Positions 1 to 12,116 of a DNA stretch of 64,000 bases are shown in pieces. The notes beneath the pieces were generated by a model. It searched no databases, was not told the origin of the DNA, and saw nothing but the letters and a program-made list of their open reading frames with translations. The stretch covers positions 7,921,882 to 7,985,881 of the forward strand of contig CAJINV010000003.1 in the NCBI GenBank assembly GCA_905178155.1. Direction: 5' to 3'. The stretch's first letter is position 1, and each line of letters starts with the position of its first letter. Origin of the DNA: Amoebophrya sp. A120. Lineage: Eukaryota; Protista; Dinoflagellata. A program made the translations under genes and the position numbers.

Positions 1-3000
1 CAACGCCCTCTTCCGGTACCTGCGACCCCGGCGCATGCGGCGGCCGCGGCTGCTGCGTTTCCTGTTCCTGCACACCCTGCTCCTGCTGAAATTCTTCCGA
101 CTGTGCGACCCGCTGCTCCTTCATCGGGCGTCCCTCCGGCGTAGCCTGCTGCTGCTGCTGCTGATCCTCCTCCTGCTCGAGCTGAGCATCACCAACCACC
201 TCCTGCGGTTGCGGAGCTCCAGGGAGCGCGACAGCGGACCACAACGATTCTACTCCGGGATCAGCGCGTGGAGTGTTGAGAGGTGTCTCAAAATTGGGTT
301 CGGCTACACCAGGCGTGTCATCAGACAAACTCAGTGGTCTGACAGCCTCCACCGCTTCACTACGCGCGTCGTGGTGATCCGGCACACTCAGTCGTGGTGG
401 TAAGTCAGTCGGTCTAAGGGACGCCTCGGCAGTTGGGGATGACGTGCCTGTGTTACAAGATGAAGATCATTTGCTTCAACATAAACACGACGTATGTATT
501 GCAGCAACGTCATTTGAACATTTCAACACGACAGTAAGCAAGTCATTCTGAGAAAGAAGCCCAGCATCAGTACTCAACATTAATCGAAGCTTGCAAACCT
601 CTGTGTTCGTCCTCAACAGCGTCCGAAAATTCATCACTGCTGCGTGTCGCTTCTTCTCGTTGCAACCCCAGCTCCGGTCCTTCGACAACGTCTGCTGATC
701 CTTGACCCGCAGAAGGTCCTCGGCCTGCGGCATTCTCAGCTTCGGTGCTGCCTTCCTCCGAGACCGGAACAACGGCACGGGCTGCACCATCGATATTGTC
801 GCCCGGCTGCATAAGGTTCTGCGACCTCAACGGAGCTTCTTCTGCGACCTCGGCACCCGTACCTGTGGCTGCGTGTTCATCCGCTACTTCCTGTCCTTCT
901 TCGCCTTCACGTACAACCTCGGAACCCGTTGAAACTCCCGCATAGCCGGCTGCTGACAGGTCTACCTCGTGGGTGAGGTCCGTATGGGCTTGAGCATTTC
1001 CCGACGTCGCCGCGTCTCTACTCTCTGTACCCTCGTCATCGCGAGTCTCAGTGTGGTGCAGGAGGCCTGGCGATCGCGGCGGCGACGAGCCGCCCAACTC
1101 TCCTCCCGGCGCAGCGTGACTCGGTTGCGATTCTGCACCACCCGCATTGCGGTCTTCGCTGGCAAGCGCGTTGCGCTCTTCATCTCCACTCCGGTTCGAA
1201 GCATGAGGTCCCGTGGCACCCTCCACCAGTGATTCAGCCGCAGCAGCTGTTGGCCCAGCCGACGGGTCCGGCACGGTATCGACGCTGGCGCCCTGTGCGG
1301 ATGCCGATTCTGCGTCAGACCCTGGTAGCTGCGGTGCGCTCGTCGCTGGAACGACCGCCGTAAATCCTTCTGCCGGGACTGCGGCCTCGTCCGCCGGAAC
1401 GGCTGCGTCAGCCGGAACGGCTGCCGGCACCGCGGTGGCGCCTTCGTCGCTGCGGTCGGGCAGTCCGTGCTGCGCAACTTCTTCCGACGGTGCTTCGTTT
1501 CCTTCTGCATCTGCCTCAAAAGTGGTATGCACCGTTTGTTCCGCAGCCATATTGGGACTACCTGGTGTCGTCGGGGACGCACCTGAGCGATCAGCGAGCA
1601 CTGTCTCCTCCGCTGCCCTAGTTTCCGCACCCCCGGCTTGCGCAGACGCGTCATCGATCGTAACAGTGCCAAGTTGCGAATGGCTGTCCACATTCGTATC
1701 CGGAAGGCCACCTCCCGCAGAGGCCACGGAGTGCTCCGGCGGCGGCGCTGCCCCTTCCTCGGGAGTGCTGCCCGCTGCGGCCTGCTCGTTGGAAGCTGTA
1801 GTTGTCCCTGACTGTTGCAGCACTTCATTATCCTGCTGCTGGCCGTTGCCCGCGCCCAGCACCTGGATGTGTCCCGCTGGTGCAGCCTCCTCGTCCGCTG
1901 CAGGGTTCGAAGTCTCTGAGTCTGCAACTCGTGGACCGGTAGCTTCAATTGCAGCTTCAGCAGGTGGAAGCACATTGCGGGCACTGGAAGGAGAGCGACT
2001 ACGTGCTCGCCCTCGCGGTTGCGAACGACCCCGTGATCGCCCCCTCGGCGGGGAGACACTGCCTACCCGCAAAGTTGATGCCGACCCATATTCTGCATCC
2101 GGAACAGAAAGCTGACCACTGACTAGCTGAGGCGGTGGTTGTGCCGTCTGTTCTGTGCCTGGGTGTTGCTGCTCCTGCCCCTCTGCAGGTTGCGACAGTG
2201 GGTGATCCGGGGGCGGCTGCTGCGGCGTCGATTGCAGCGGCGCCGCCGGTTGCGACACCGGCTGCGGCGGTGTCGTCGGTTGCGGCGTCGAGTGCGGTGG
2301 CGTCGTCGGTTGCGACGCCGGCTGCGGCGGTGTCGCCGGTTGCAGAGGCCCGCCCGGCTGCTGCTGCTGCGGCGTGGCCGGTTGCGGGGTCGTCGGTTGC
2401 TGGGCCCCGTCCGGCTGCAACGCCGGCTGTTGCGGCGTGACCGGTTGCTGCGGTGTAGCTGGCTGCGGCGTCGCCGGCGTCGCCGGTTGCTGAGGCCCGT
2501 CCGGCTGCAGAGGTTCGCCAAGCTGCGGCTGCTGCTGTGTGGCCGTTTGCGGCTGCTGCGGTGTGGCCGGTTGCGGCATCGCCGGCTGCGGCGTCGGCGG
2601 CGTCGTCGGCTGTGGAAGCCCGTCCGGCTGCAGAGGCTCGCCAAGCTGCGGCTGCTGCGGTGTGGCCGTTTGCGGCTGCTGCGGTGTGGCCGGTTGCGGC
2701 ATCGCCGGCTGCGGCGTCGCCGGGTCCGTGCCGTTCGCCTGCGGAGGCCCGCCCGGCTGCAACTGCTGTGGCGTGGCCGGCTGCGGCTGCTGCGGCGCGG
2801 CCGGTTGCGGCGTCGTCGGCTGCGGCTGCTGCGGTGTGGCCGGTTGCGGCGTCGTCGGCTGCGGCTGCTGCGGTGTGGCCGGTTGCGGCGTCGCCGGCTG
2901 CGGCTGCTGTGGCGCGGCCGGTTGCGGCGTCGTCGGCTGCTGCGGCGCGGCAGGTTGCGGTGTCGTCGACTGCGGCTGCTGCGGCGTCGTCGGCTGCGGC

Positions 3001-4129
3001 TGCTGCGGCGTCGTCGGCTGTGGCTGCTGCGGGGTCGTCGGCTGCGGCTGCTGCGGGGTCGTCGGCTGCGGCTGCGGCGGGGTCGTCGGCTGTGGCTGCT
3101 GCGGCGTCGTCGGCTGCTGCGGCGTCGGCCCACCCGGGCTGTTACTGTTGCGCAATTTGGCGACTAGTGCCTCGGCGTCTTCTGGTGGAAATCCTTGGGC
3201 CACCAGCGTTTCCTTAACGGTCTTCCATCGCTCGTCGGAGACACCCCCGCTTTGTGAGTTTGTAGCCTGATCACCTCCCGCTGCATCCACCAACTCCCTG
3301 GCTTCCTCTTCCCACGAGTTACAACACTCCTGAACCAGGAACGTGTAGCGATTGCGGGGTACGTCTTCGTCGGTGGTCAGATACTCGAGTTCATCGGACT
3401 GCGGCACCTCCGCGAATTTCTGCAAGTGAAAGACCTTCGTGTGACCCGCCTTGGGTCCGTACTTGGCATCTTTGCAAATGCGCTGGAACGCGATCTCCAC
3501 ACGTTCGCGCGTGCTCTGGACGGGCAACTCTTTGCATTTCTTGTCACCTCCCTGCTGCTGCTCCTCGGCCAACGCGGACAGGTCTGCGAGTATCTCCCTC
3601 TTCAACTGAGAAATTTCGACGGGTGGCGGGGGTTGCACTTGCAAAAACCCGCTGTTCCCGTTACCATCATCTGCGCTCAATACGCCCGTCGCGACGCAGG
3701 CCACTGTCGAAAGGTGGTATTTAAATTGCGTCGGTTGTTCGTCGTCTCCCTCTACAGAAGGACGATAACACGGTAAGACTCATACCTACTGATTAATGAT
3801 AAATGACTCATGCTGGTGGTCGAAACCAGGAAAGACATCCGCGATGTACGAGCATCCATGCTGAAAGCGCCGCACCGGTGTTGACTTGATAAGCGACACA
3901 TCTTTCATCTGCCGTATAAAAAAATCAAATCAATCACAGTAATTCAGTATGTACCAGCAGCACCCACAAAGGCCACGAGGCACACGCCTGCAACAACCCA
4001 AAATGCGGGGGACACTGAGCTACCACCGGCCGCTACAGGACTCGCCTCCTCTGTGGCGGCCGCCCTTTTGTAGCGTCCACGCCCATCCTCGGGATCGATG
4101 TCCAAGAGCGTTTCCCGGTGGTCTTCCAT
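1..4129 (-). CDS. Pro/Gln/Thr-rich mucin-like protein with N-terminal membrane anchor; runs off the window edge
   Basis: Exon 4129-3955 (MEDHRE...FWVVAGVCLVAFVGAA, hydrophobic helix), GT-AG intron, exon 3751-599 (contains the 1045-aa ORF), GT-AG intron 598-448, exon 447 to <1 open to the edge. Both joins are phase 1 and in frame. Confidence 0.75.
2215..3130 (-). repeat. Coding tandem repeat array (PQQPQPTT / PQPAT units)
   Basis: 24-nt unit GTCGTCGGCTGCGGCTGCTGCGGC at about 2960-3125, 39-nt units at about 2780-2950, and a duplication of about 120 nt encoding PQPAMPQPATPQQPQTAT.QQPQLGEPLQPDG at about 2490-2720. Confidence 0.95.
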
Positions 4130-5310
4130 TGCGTTCCAGTGTAGCGATCTTTCTCCGCCGCGTCTTGAAGCTTTTTTTTTTTCTGTCAATGATGTCGCGC
4201 ACCGCACAAGAAAGCACTGCAATTTATTTCTTGGGTGAATTTTTCTTGGTAGAACAAAGTAGTGAACAACAGAAAAAGTACAGGTAGCAGAACAAATAGG
4301 ACAAATAAATAAATCAATATGCCAATCCGCCCTGCTTCAATGTGCTTTAAAGGAGATGTTTGAAGGACAGCAAAACAGGCGTGCACTTTTTCTCTTCAAC
4401 ATCCTTCTGTCGTTTATAAAACGGAAAAAGAGAAACCTTCATTGGCTGGTCTGAGACGCAGCCATTTCGTACAACTACACCCCAGTTTGTGTTCGTACAG
4501 ACAATAAAAGGCCGGTAGGAATTAGAGGTGGATAAGGCAGAAGCCACTACTAGAGAATTATGGCGTCACAATTCTTGGTTTCGCAGTAGGCGCTAACTAT
4601 CATCTAAGCTATGTACAACTCCTAGTAATTGATAAGATCATACGAAAAAGCAAATAGTAGACGAGATCAGTCACGCAGGAGCACCATCAGCGTCCTCACG
4701 AATTACAAGAAATAGAGCGGTGTGCTTCGTGACTTCATCTATACCAGATCTTCCTGGATCGCCACCACTCTTTGGGCTGTTAATGTAATCTTTGGGCGTA
4801 CCAACTCCTCGATCACATCATCGCCAGGCTGTGGATATGTTGCTAGATCTTTCTGAAGGAACTGTTACGCAGATCCAGATCACACGTTTGGTTACAATGT
4901 CAATGCTTTAGTACTAATGACGACCGCGCTTACAATGCTAGATCCTTCTCTTCAAGAAGACGACCCGGTGGACATGTGTTGAGTACTCAAGATCATACAG
5001 AGATCGTTTCTTTGAATGCAGTGCTCGCAGTAGCGAACAGAATGAGAAAATAAATAAACGCAAGATATCAACGGCAGCTCAATCCAGCACGTGACTTTTG
5101 CCAATGCAAGCCTGACTCACTGTGCATGCCGTGTGCATATCACAATAGCAATACAGGATATCACGCGATTCCAAATACAAATACTTGACTCGTACTATTA
5201 ATCATGAGCGAAGAAAGGGTATGCGGACTATTTGTTGCGCAGGTTCTAGTCCCATACGCTCTCTTCAATCATGATGTGATCCTCCAGGCTCTTCCTCCCT
5301 CTGTTGTTCG

Positions 5311-8092
5311 TTAGTTGTGATCCGGTACAAAGCAGTACTCTTCGTGCTCTTCGTCTCCCTCCTCCGGCGGGAACAGATTCCGCGGCTCCTCCGTCGTGTT
5401 GCCCAGCCTCGCTTCACACCCTGGCTCGGTGTGCGCGAACGTCAACCGTGTTCGGCTACCGGGTTTCTCGCCCATCAGCAAATCATCAGCCCCGTTCTTC
5501 TGGCGCGGGAAGGTATAGAAGGACAATTGTGGCGAGAACCAGATGGGCACATGCCGTTTGCGAAACACAACGGGATCCCGCGACCCCGGCTCACTGGGCC
5601 CCTCCTCCGCCCAAGCCGGCGCGGCTTCCTGCGAACAATAGAGTATGGAATAGACAGCACAAACAAAGCTACAGAGGCGCATGAAGCCACGGAACTAGAA
5701 ATCATGTTATTTACTCGATGTGTTAATATTTCATGAACTTGATTTCAACTACAGACTATCGAAAAATTCCGAAAAATGTCGCACTTACATAAGCTTTCTG
5801 CACGAAGTTAGTCTTGGGGCGGTAGGCTCCCATGCTCTTCGTCTGTTGCACAAAACACGTGGCCTCCTCGTCCTGCTGTCCAGCGTCCTTCTCTGCAGAT
5901 GAGGCACAGGTAGAAGACCACTTTCGCCCCCAGAACGAGGTCCTGCCGCGCGCCGGATTTTTAGCCGTCTCCGCCACTGAGGATTCCGGCGCGGACAGAA
6001 ACCGCAAAGAGAAAATAGAGAAGATTCCCGCTCGCGTCGCGATGCAGAGCGTGCGGACGCTGTGCTTCGCTGTCTCCGCAAAGAGACACACCGGCTGCAA
6101 ACCCTCCTGCAGCCACGCAGACCCGAGCTTGATCCGGGTGACTGCTTGCAGAACGGTTGCAGAGGAGGACGAGGACGCTGCGCTAACTAGAGTAGTGCCA
6201 GAAGCGTTAGTCGCCGAGGAGCTGCAACTAGACGCGACGGCCGCAGACTTTTGCGGGCTTCCACCCGCAGCAGGGTTGTTGAATACCACAGAGCCGGTAG
6301 ACGCGGCACTTCCGCCTGACGGGGTGCAAAAATTATCCCCACCTGGAATAATCGCCCCTCCGCCGCGGTCGCCCTCAGCCGGTGCTGCCGTGCGCGACAC
6401 CGGAAGCGCCACTGTGGGCGGCAGGAGATAGATGTGCGTCGTGCCCTTTTTCGTGCTGACGGCGACCACGCGGCTGTCCTCCGAGATAGTCAGGTTCGAG
6501 ATCAGTGCCGGCGTGATGCCGCGGGACAGCGTGAAAGCATGCACGAAGCGGTGCACCTTCGCCCCCGTCGTGCGATTTTTTTCCACGATCACGCGGTGGA
6601 GGAGCACGTTGTGCGCCATCGCAGTGCAAGATATCAGCAAGGTGCCGCTGCTGTTCCACCGCATACATTCGATGGGCTCCTGCGTCGCGAATTGCCCGAT
6701 CAAGTGCCGCCCCACACAGTCACGCACGGCCACACCGAAGCCCGCGCCGAGGCGGTTGGGCCCGTAGAAATTGTACGTCCCGCCCGCACCGCCTGCGCCC
6801 CCTCCGGTAGCCCCTCGCCCTAGTACACCTTTCCCGGGTGCAGCGCCACCGGGTTGCTGCAGCTGCAACGCCGCCCGGTGCTCGAGAATTTCATCGCTGT
6901 TCATCAGAAAGGAGTCCAGTGTTTTTTGCGAAATTTGCCCTAGCAGCGAGATGCCATCCCGAACCGCGGCAAAGGACCCGTCCACCACCGCGTTTGTGTA
7001 CGATTGCACTTTGCTGCGCGCGGAATTTACCTCAAACCCTGACCCCTCCGTGGTACCTGCGGAAGGGTCGCCCGCGGTGTTGTTCTGCGATGACAAAGCG
7101 CCGTGCGCAGGCGGTTGCTCCGTCTTCGACGCGAGACTCGTCCCGCTCAGATCGTACGCCAACCACCTGTCTCCGAGACAAAAATTCCCCAGCGAGGACA
7201 GAGGCGCGGGTGCAGTGCCTACCTGGAACAGATGCGAAAAGTCACGGGCGTCGTACAGATCGATTTGGGAACTGAGTCCCGCAGCCAGCAGCCGTTTCGT
7301 GGCTTGCAAAGACAACACCGCCCGCACCGACCGCAGCACATAGACCGACTCGTTTTCGCGTAGCGAGAAAATGTGGATTTTCGTTCCCTCAGAAGTCACG
7401 AAGGCCACGAGCGGCGATGCCTCTTTGCGACGCTTGCATTGGAGGGACATCGCCGGTTGCCCGGGCGCCCCGCTGCTCGCTTTTCCATACAATGGCGCCC
7501 TTGCGTTATCTTCCGCCCCGGCAGCTGCAACGTCGCTCTGCTGCGGAGTCACTTGGTCTGGTTCTTCATCATCCCGGTCGACCACTTGTGGCTCTTCCAC
7601 TCCACAACTGGCAGCTGCCTCTTGGTCCTGGTCTTGCTGGTCGTGCCCCTGATGCTGTTGATGATCTAAGGGCTCTTCTTCTGCATTTTCACCTTCACGA
7701 CCCGCAGGTCGTGGCCATGTCACCGCAGCACTTGCGTCTGTGCCTCCCTCCCCTTCGAAAACCTCTGGCACCTTCGAAAACAGGCAGTCCGGATTCAGGG
7801 GTAGCAGCTTCACCCGTGCGATTTGGTGCCCGCTTGAGGGCGGCTGCCACCAGGACACCAGCTCCTTCCCGTTCTCCTCCACGATGCGCCAAATCTGGAA
7901 GCCGTCCAGGTAGCAGAGCGTGAGGAACATTTCCGGCACGTGCTCGTCGACGAACGCCAGGCGCTCGAGAAGAACATCGGAAATGTGGTCAACCTCCTCC
8001 ACCATCTGCTTCTGGAGGCCCGTAACATCCTTCACTGACTCCGGCACGTACTCGAGTGCGCTTGTAGCAAAAGACTGGATGGCCTCGTTCAT
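5311..8092 (-). CDS. BCAS3 / ATG18-related WD40 beta-propeller protein
   Basis: Motifs LGDRWLAY, FTLSRGITPALI and STKKGTTHIY in the 778-aa ORF. A downstream exon (about 5630-5311) carries PIWFSPQLSFY, similar to the BCAS3 C-terminal domain, after a GTAAG...CAG intron. Confidence 0.75.
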
Positions 8093-8723
8093 TTTCTACT
8101 GCTTTCGTCTACTCAGCTGCAGTTGATGACCAGACGAATTTATTTGCTAGCTACCTCTACCTCATGATCCGCTTAAGAGTATTTTGTCGCTCAAATCGAC
8201 GGCTCTGGTCAACAAACACTCAAAGGCTGGCCCGAGGCCCATTTCGTTTGTTTCCCTTCCTCCACTTTCTCCTTCTTTTGCAAGGCACTCTTGAAACAAA
8301 CTCCTGACAACTTGACATACAAATACAAATAAACGCCCAAGCTCCACCGCCGAGGGCAAGAATAGGCTCATCTACATACCAGGCGACCTTTCAACAAGGG
8401 TTTGTTTGAGCTTTCCACCCCACTGACAAACACGAACACCATGTCGTTTACATCTTTTTTCAACATTGTAAACACAACGTCAATCCACATCATGCTTGCG
8501 TCGACCCAGGAACTGCTCAACATCAAATCGAGTCTCTTTTTCCGGCATTTTATGGCTGTTCTTCGCACTGTGACGAATTAGCGATGTCGATGGGACGTCG
8601 AGAGTGGCATTATACGTGACCATGTCAGTTGTACTAGAGGTAGTCAGTGTAGTCACTTGTGTACTAGATGTAACACGCGCGGCGCTTGGGCTCGAAGCGA
8701 AATTCTTTTCAGCCTCTTTGGTG

Positions 8724-9556
8724 CTATTGAGACGAAGACGAAGAGGCGCCCCCGCTAGTCCGAACATCTGTAAAGTTCCTTCTCCGCCGCTCCTGCAACT
8801 GGTTGTGGAGCGCGTCGCACTCTTTCCGCCAGTGGGCTTCGGCGGTGCGCACGTTTTCCGAAATTTCCCGCTGTGAGTGAATCAGCGCGACAGAGTATCC
8901 TGTCTTCAAACCGTCCCGACCCCGCATGCATAGCCAAAAAGCGCATTTGCAGCAACACCACTGGTGCCTACTACGGGACCGTTACTGAATGATAGCCTTG
9001 TTCCGAAAAGAATTGCAAAGCTGCAACCAGCACCGTCAGGAGGTGACTCTGCGACGTCGCAGACGCAATAGCTCATAGCCACTCCATCGCAGAACCACGC
9101 TTGCCCTTGCGGAACTATTTGGCTGAACGCGTTGCATTGAACAATAGCAGAAATCGCGGTATCAGTTTCGCTGTGGGGCGGAGACGGTTTTAGACAAGAT
9201 ACGTCCCGATCGACTCGGTCATGCACCTGCGACAGGGTGCGGTACAACCGCAGCTTATGGGTATCTTCCAAGTTCCGAATGTTACTTTGGAGCTGCAGTA
9301 TGTGGCGGTCCCGGTCTGCCACCTGATCCAGCACGCGCTGCAGCTCCGTCCGTACCTCTTCCACACCGGGGATGCCTCCTTCTTCCAGACCAGGGAGCGG
9401 TCCTATCCTTTCCAGCGGATGCTCCTGTGCTGCCTCCCGAAAGGTGTCGCCGCGCTCCTGCAGCCCGCCGGCACCTCCTGCCGGATCTCCCGCGGTCTGG
9501 TGCTGGTAAAGATCCAAAGGACCCAAAGTCTGGAAGTGCGTTGACGGTGTGGCCAT
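8724..9556 (-). CDS. Coiled-coil protein of unknown function, split by one introner
   Basis: MATPSTHF...DRVDRD joins in frame to VALIHSQREISEN...SSSQ* after removal of element 8896-9201 plus 5 nt. Confidence 0.7.
8896..9201. mobile_element. TIR introner, older copy
   Basis: Left TATCCTGTCTTCAAACCGTC; right reverse complement TATCTTGTCTAAAACCGTC. Flanks CAGAG/CGTCC have diverged. Removal restores the frame. Confidence 0.75.
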
Positions 9557-10647
9557 TTTACATCTAGACGAAGTAGACGAGATGAATATGCATTTGAAGA
9601 TGAATCGACTCAAATGACAAGGACAACCGTCAGGACGCGTGTATGTAGACCCTCTGTATCGGTAAATTTTCGAATTGCGCGCTCACTTGCACCCACCTTT
9701 CAGCAACTAGATTTTTTGCCACTATAACCCCACAACAAGAGGTGCGAAAGTCAAGCCCCAAAGATACTCGTGTCACAACTCTTCCTTTTGCGCAAATCGA
9801 CAAGGCGGCGTCCTCAAACTAGGGGGGCGAGCGATAGCGCAGAGCGAGAAAGTGGACTTAGAATGAGGAATAATTTCGAAGACAGTCAACACTTCTCCAC
9901 GGCTCGGCTAGTCAACATCAATGTCTATGAATAAACACCGCCGCAAGCAAAACGTCGCGTCCTTCAGTCGCGTTGCGACATTGGCCCTCTTCCGCCCTTC
10001 TTCTACTTGTCGAAGTGGCCTCAAGTTCCGTGGCTGTGAGTATCATCTCACTGGGGGGATTCTTCTCCAAGGTTTTAGAGAGAAATTTTTACTGTACTGG
10101 TTTGGCGAGGGAGGGGATGCCAAAAAATTACGAATACAACAATATGGTTTTCACAGCACCGGACGTTAATTTCTTACTTCCGAAAGGCAATCGGAAGCAA
10201 TCCAAGGTTGTTCTTTTGGCAAACATAGCTGCAGCTCTTGACAAGTGGTCTAATCACGTTGTGCAACAGGGTGTCCTATAATGCGACTATCTTGAAAAGT
10301 GGAAGGTCAACTGCTATAACAACAACTTCTAAAAAGTGTATTACATGGTAGCCATCGGCACCATCTTTGATCATTTGAGCTTCTCCTCCATTCGCTCAGA
10401 TCATGCACGCGTAGATCGTTGTGATGCAATCCAACGTATCATTCCCGACCTGCATGCAACAGAGACCTGATTTTTTTAATTTTGGAAATCACCGTAGCTA
10501 TAATTGCGTACAGAAGACGACGTCTCTGATGTCATACAGTACATTAGTTCGCATCATGCGAGTTACCACAGCAGTCTGCATCACATTCGCAGCACTGCCT
10601 GAGAATATTAGATTTAGCAAAGAGTATTCCAACTTCCAACTTGATAC

Positions 10648-11186
10648 CATCGGTCTTCGTGTCCCAGAATGCCGTTGCGGCTGTATGCAACGGTGACCCG
10701 TTTTTCTGCATTATGACGCACGTAACTGTAGTTGTAAACGTGATGATCAATGTGGTTTCATCGTCTCTTGTTTTCGTGTTCGATATCAACAATGTATCGC
10801 GATATTCATAATTTTTCGCGACGAGGACAAGTGCCGCGTGCAAAAACACATCACAAATCTATATTTCTATACCGACATATTTGAAGGGCTTGTTGAGCTT
10901 TGCAAGCTCCTTGAGGCAGGCATCCACGATCTGCCCACACCACCCATTGACCTTTTCCTTGTTGTACACACTGTTCCCCAGTGTCTGATGGATTGCGTGC
11001 TTGGCGATCTCTTGGACCTGCTCCGTCACGAACTCATTCTGTTGTGTTTTTTTGTTTTGTATTGTCGGTTTTCGTTTTCAGGAACATTTTTGTCATGCAG
11101 CCAAATCAAAGTCGTCAAAAGAAAAACGCATTCGTGCGGAGAAGGAGGTAAAACAAATCACATAGTACTTGATCCTCGTCATCCAT
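10648..11186 (-). CDS. Tctex-1 type dynein light chain (last exon not located)
   Basis: Exons 11186-11169 (MDDEDQ), 11038-10873 (NEFVTEQV...[31 protein letters not shown]) and 10725-10648 ([27 protein letters not shown]), with GT-AG introns. [13 protein letters not shown] and WD..TDG are Tctex-1 hallmarks. Confidence 0.9.
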
Positions 11187-12116
11187 CTTGGCCGAGATAC
11201 AAGCAAAGAAATCCCGGGAGCCGACGAAAAAAACAGTAGAACCTACGAGGAGGAGGGAAGCAACATGAAACTTTTGAAATTCTAGGTTTGTCCGAGTTAT
11301 GAAACAAAGTACGAACCGATCGAGTTCGAAACGTCAACGGGTCACCAAAATTCCAAAAGTAGTAAGGACCGTGGCCGCAAAATCTAACATTGATTCTCCA
11401 GTTCAATCTCGGTCAAAACCATCTCACCTGACTGATCCTGGTCACTCTTTGAAGTTGCCAATGCCATCACCATGTTTGGCGATCGAGAGCAAGACAACTA
11501 TTCGACGCAAAATTCAAGCGAAAAAGGGTCGAACACTCCTATGTATGCGTCAATGAAATTCTGTGCTTCTTCGGAGTTCACTCACAAACAAAGCGGTTGC
11601 GGACACTACTACTTTATCTGTCTAAATTCTTTATTCCGTCGTAACGAATATCATATAAGGACGGCGTCGATTCTATTTTTCTTCGCTAATTGTTCAGCAG
11701 TCCACTTTCCCACATAGTATACACCTGTACGCATGGACACACGTAAGACGAGAGCCTCCGAGAGATTAAGATTTTGCAACGAGGATCTTGGGGAGGTGCT
11801 ACCTCCGGAGTCCAAGAATGCAGCAATCGGGCACGTTGTATTGGCACCGTCTATTGCGGCGAGAAAAAGAGAATGACGTGTGCGCTTCTTAAGGTGGGCG
11901 AGAAAAAGAGAAAGCACCTCATCGGATTACATTGTCCCTGCCGGCAGGTATCGAGAGAAAGCAGTTCGTCACAGCCACTCATTTGCAGACTTTGCATGAG
12001 AAAAATTTTTTGGCATCACAGGTTTTTCATGTAGTACACAAAAACACAAGGAAAATCCTCCTGCAGGTATGATTTCTATGCATTTTCAAGCATGGCGGAT
12101 GTTTTCGTAAAGATTT

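Noticed and set aside
2123-3270. Arg-rich, Cys/Gly-rich and Ala-rich ORFs in other frames
   Set aside because: Shadow frames of the GC-rich PQT repeat.
9900-10647. Final exon of the Tctex-1 gene
   Set aside because: No segment matching the expected C-terminal strands was identified by eye.
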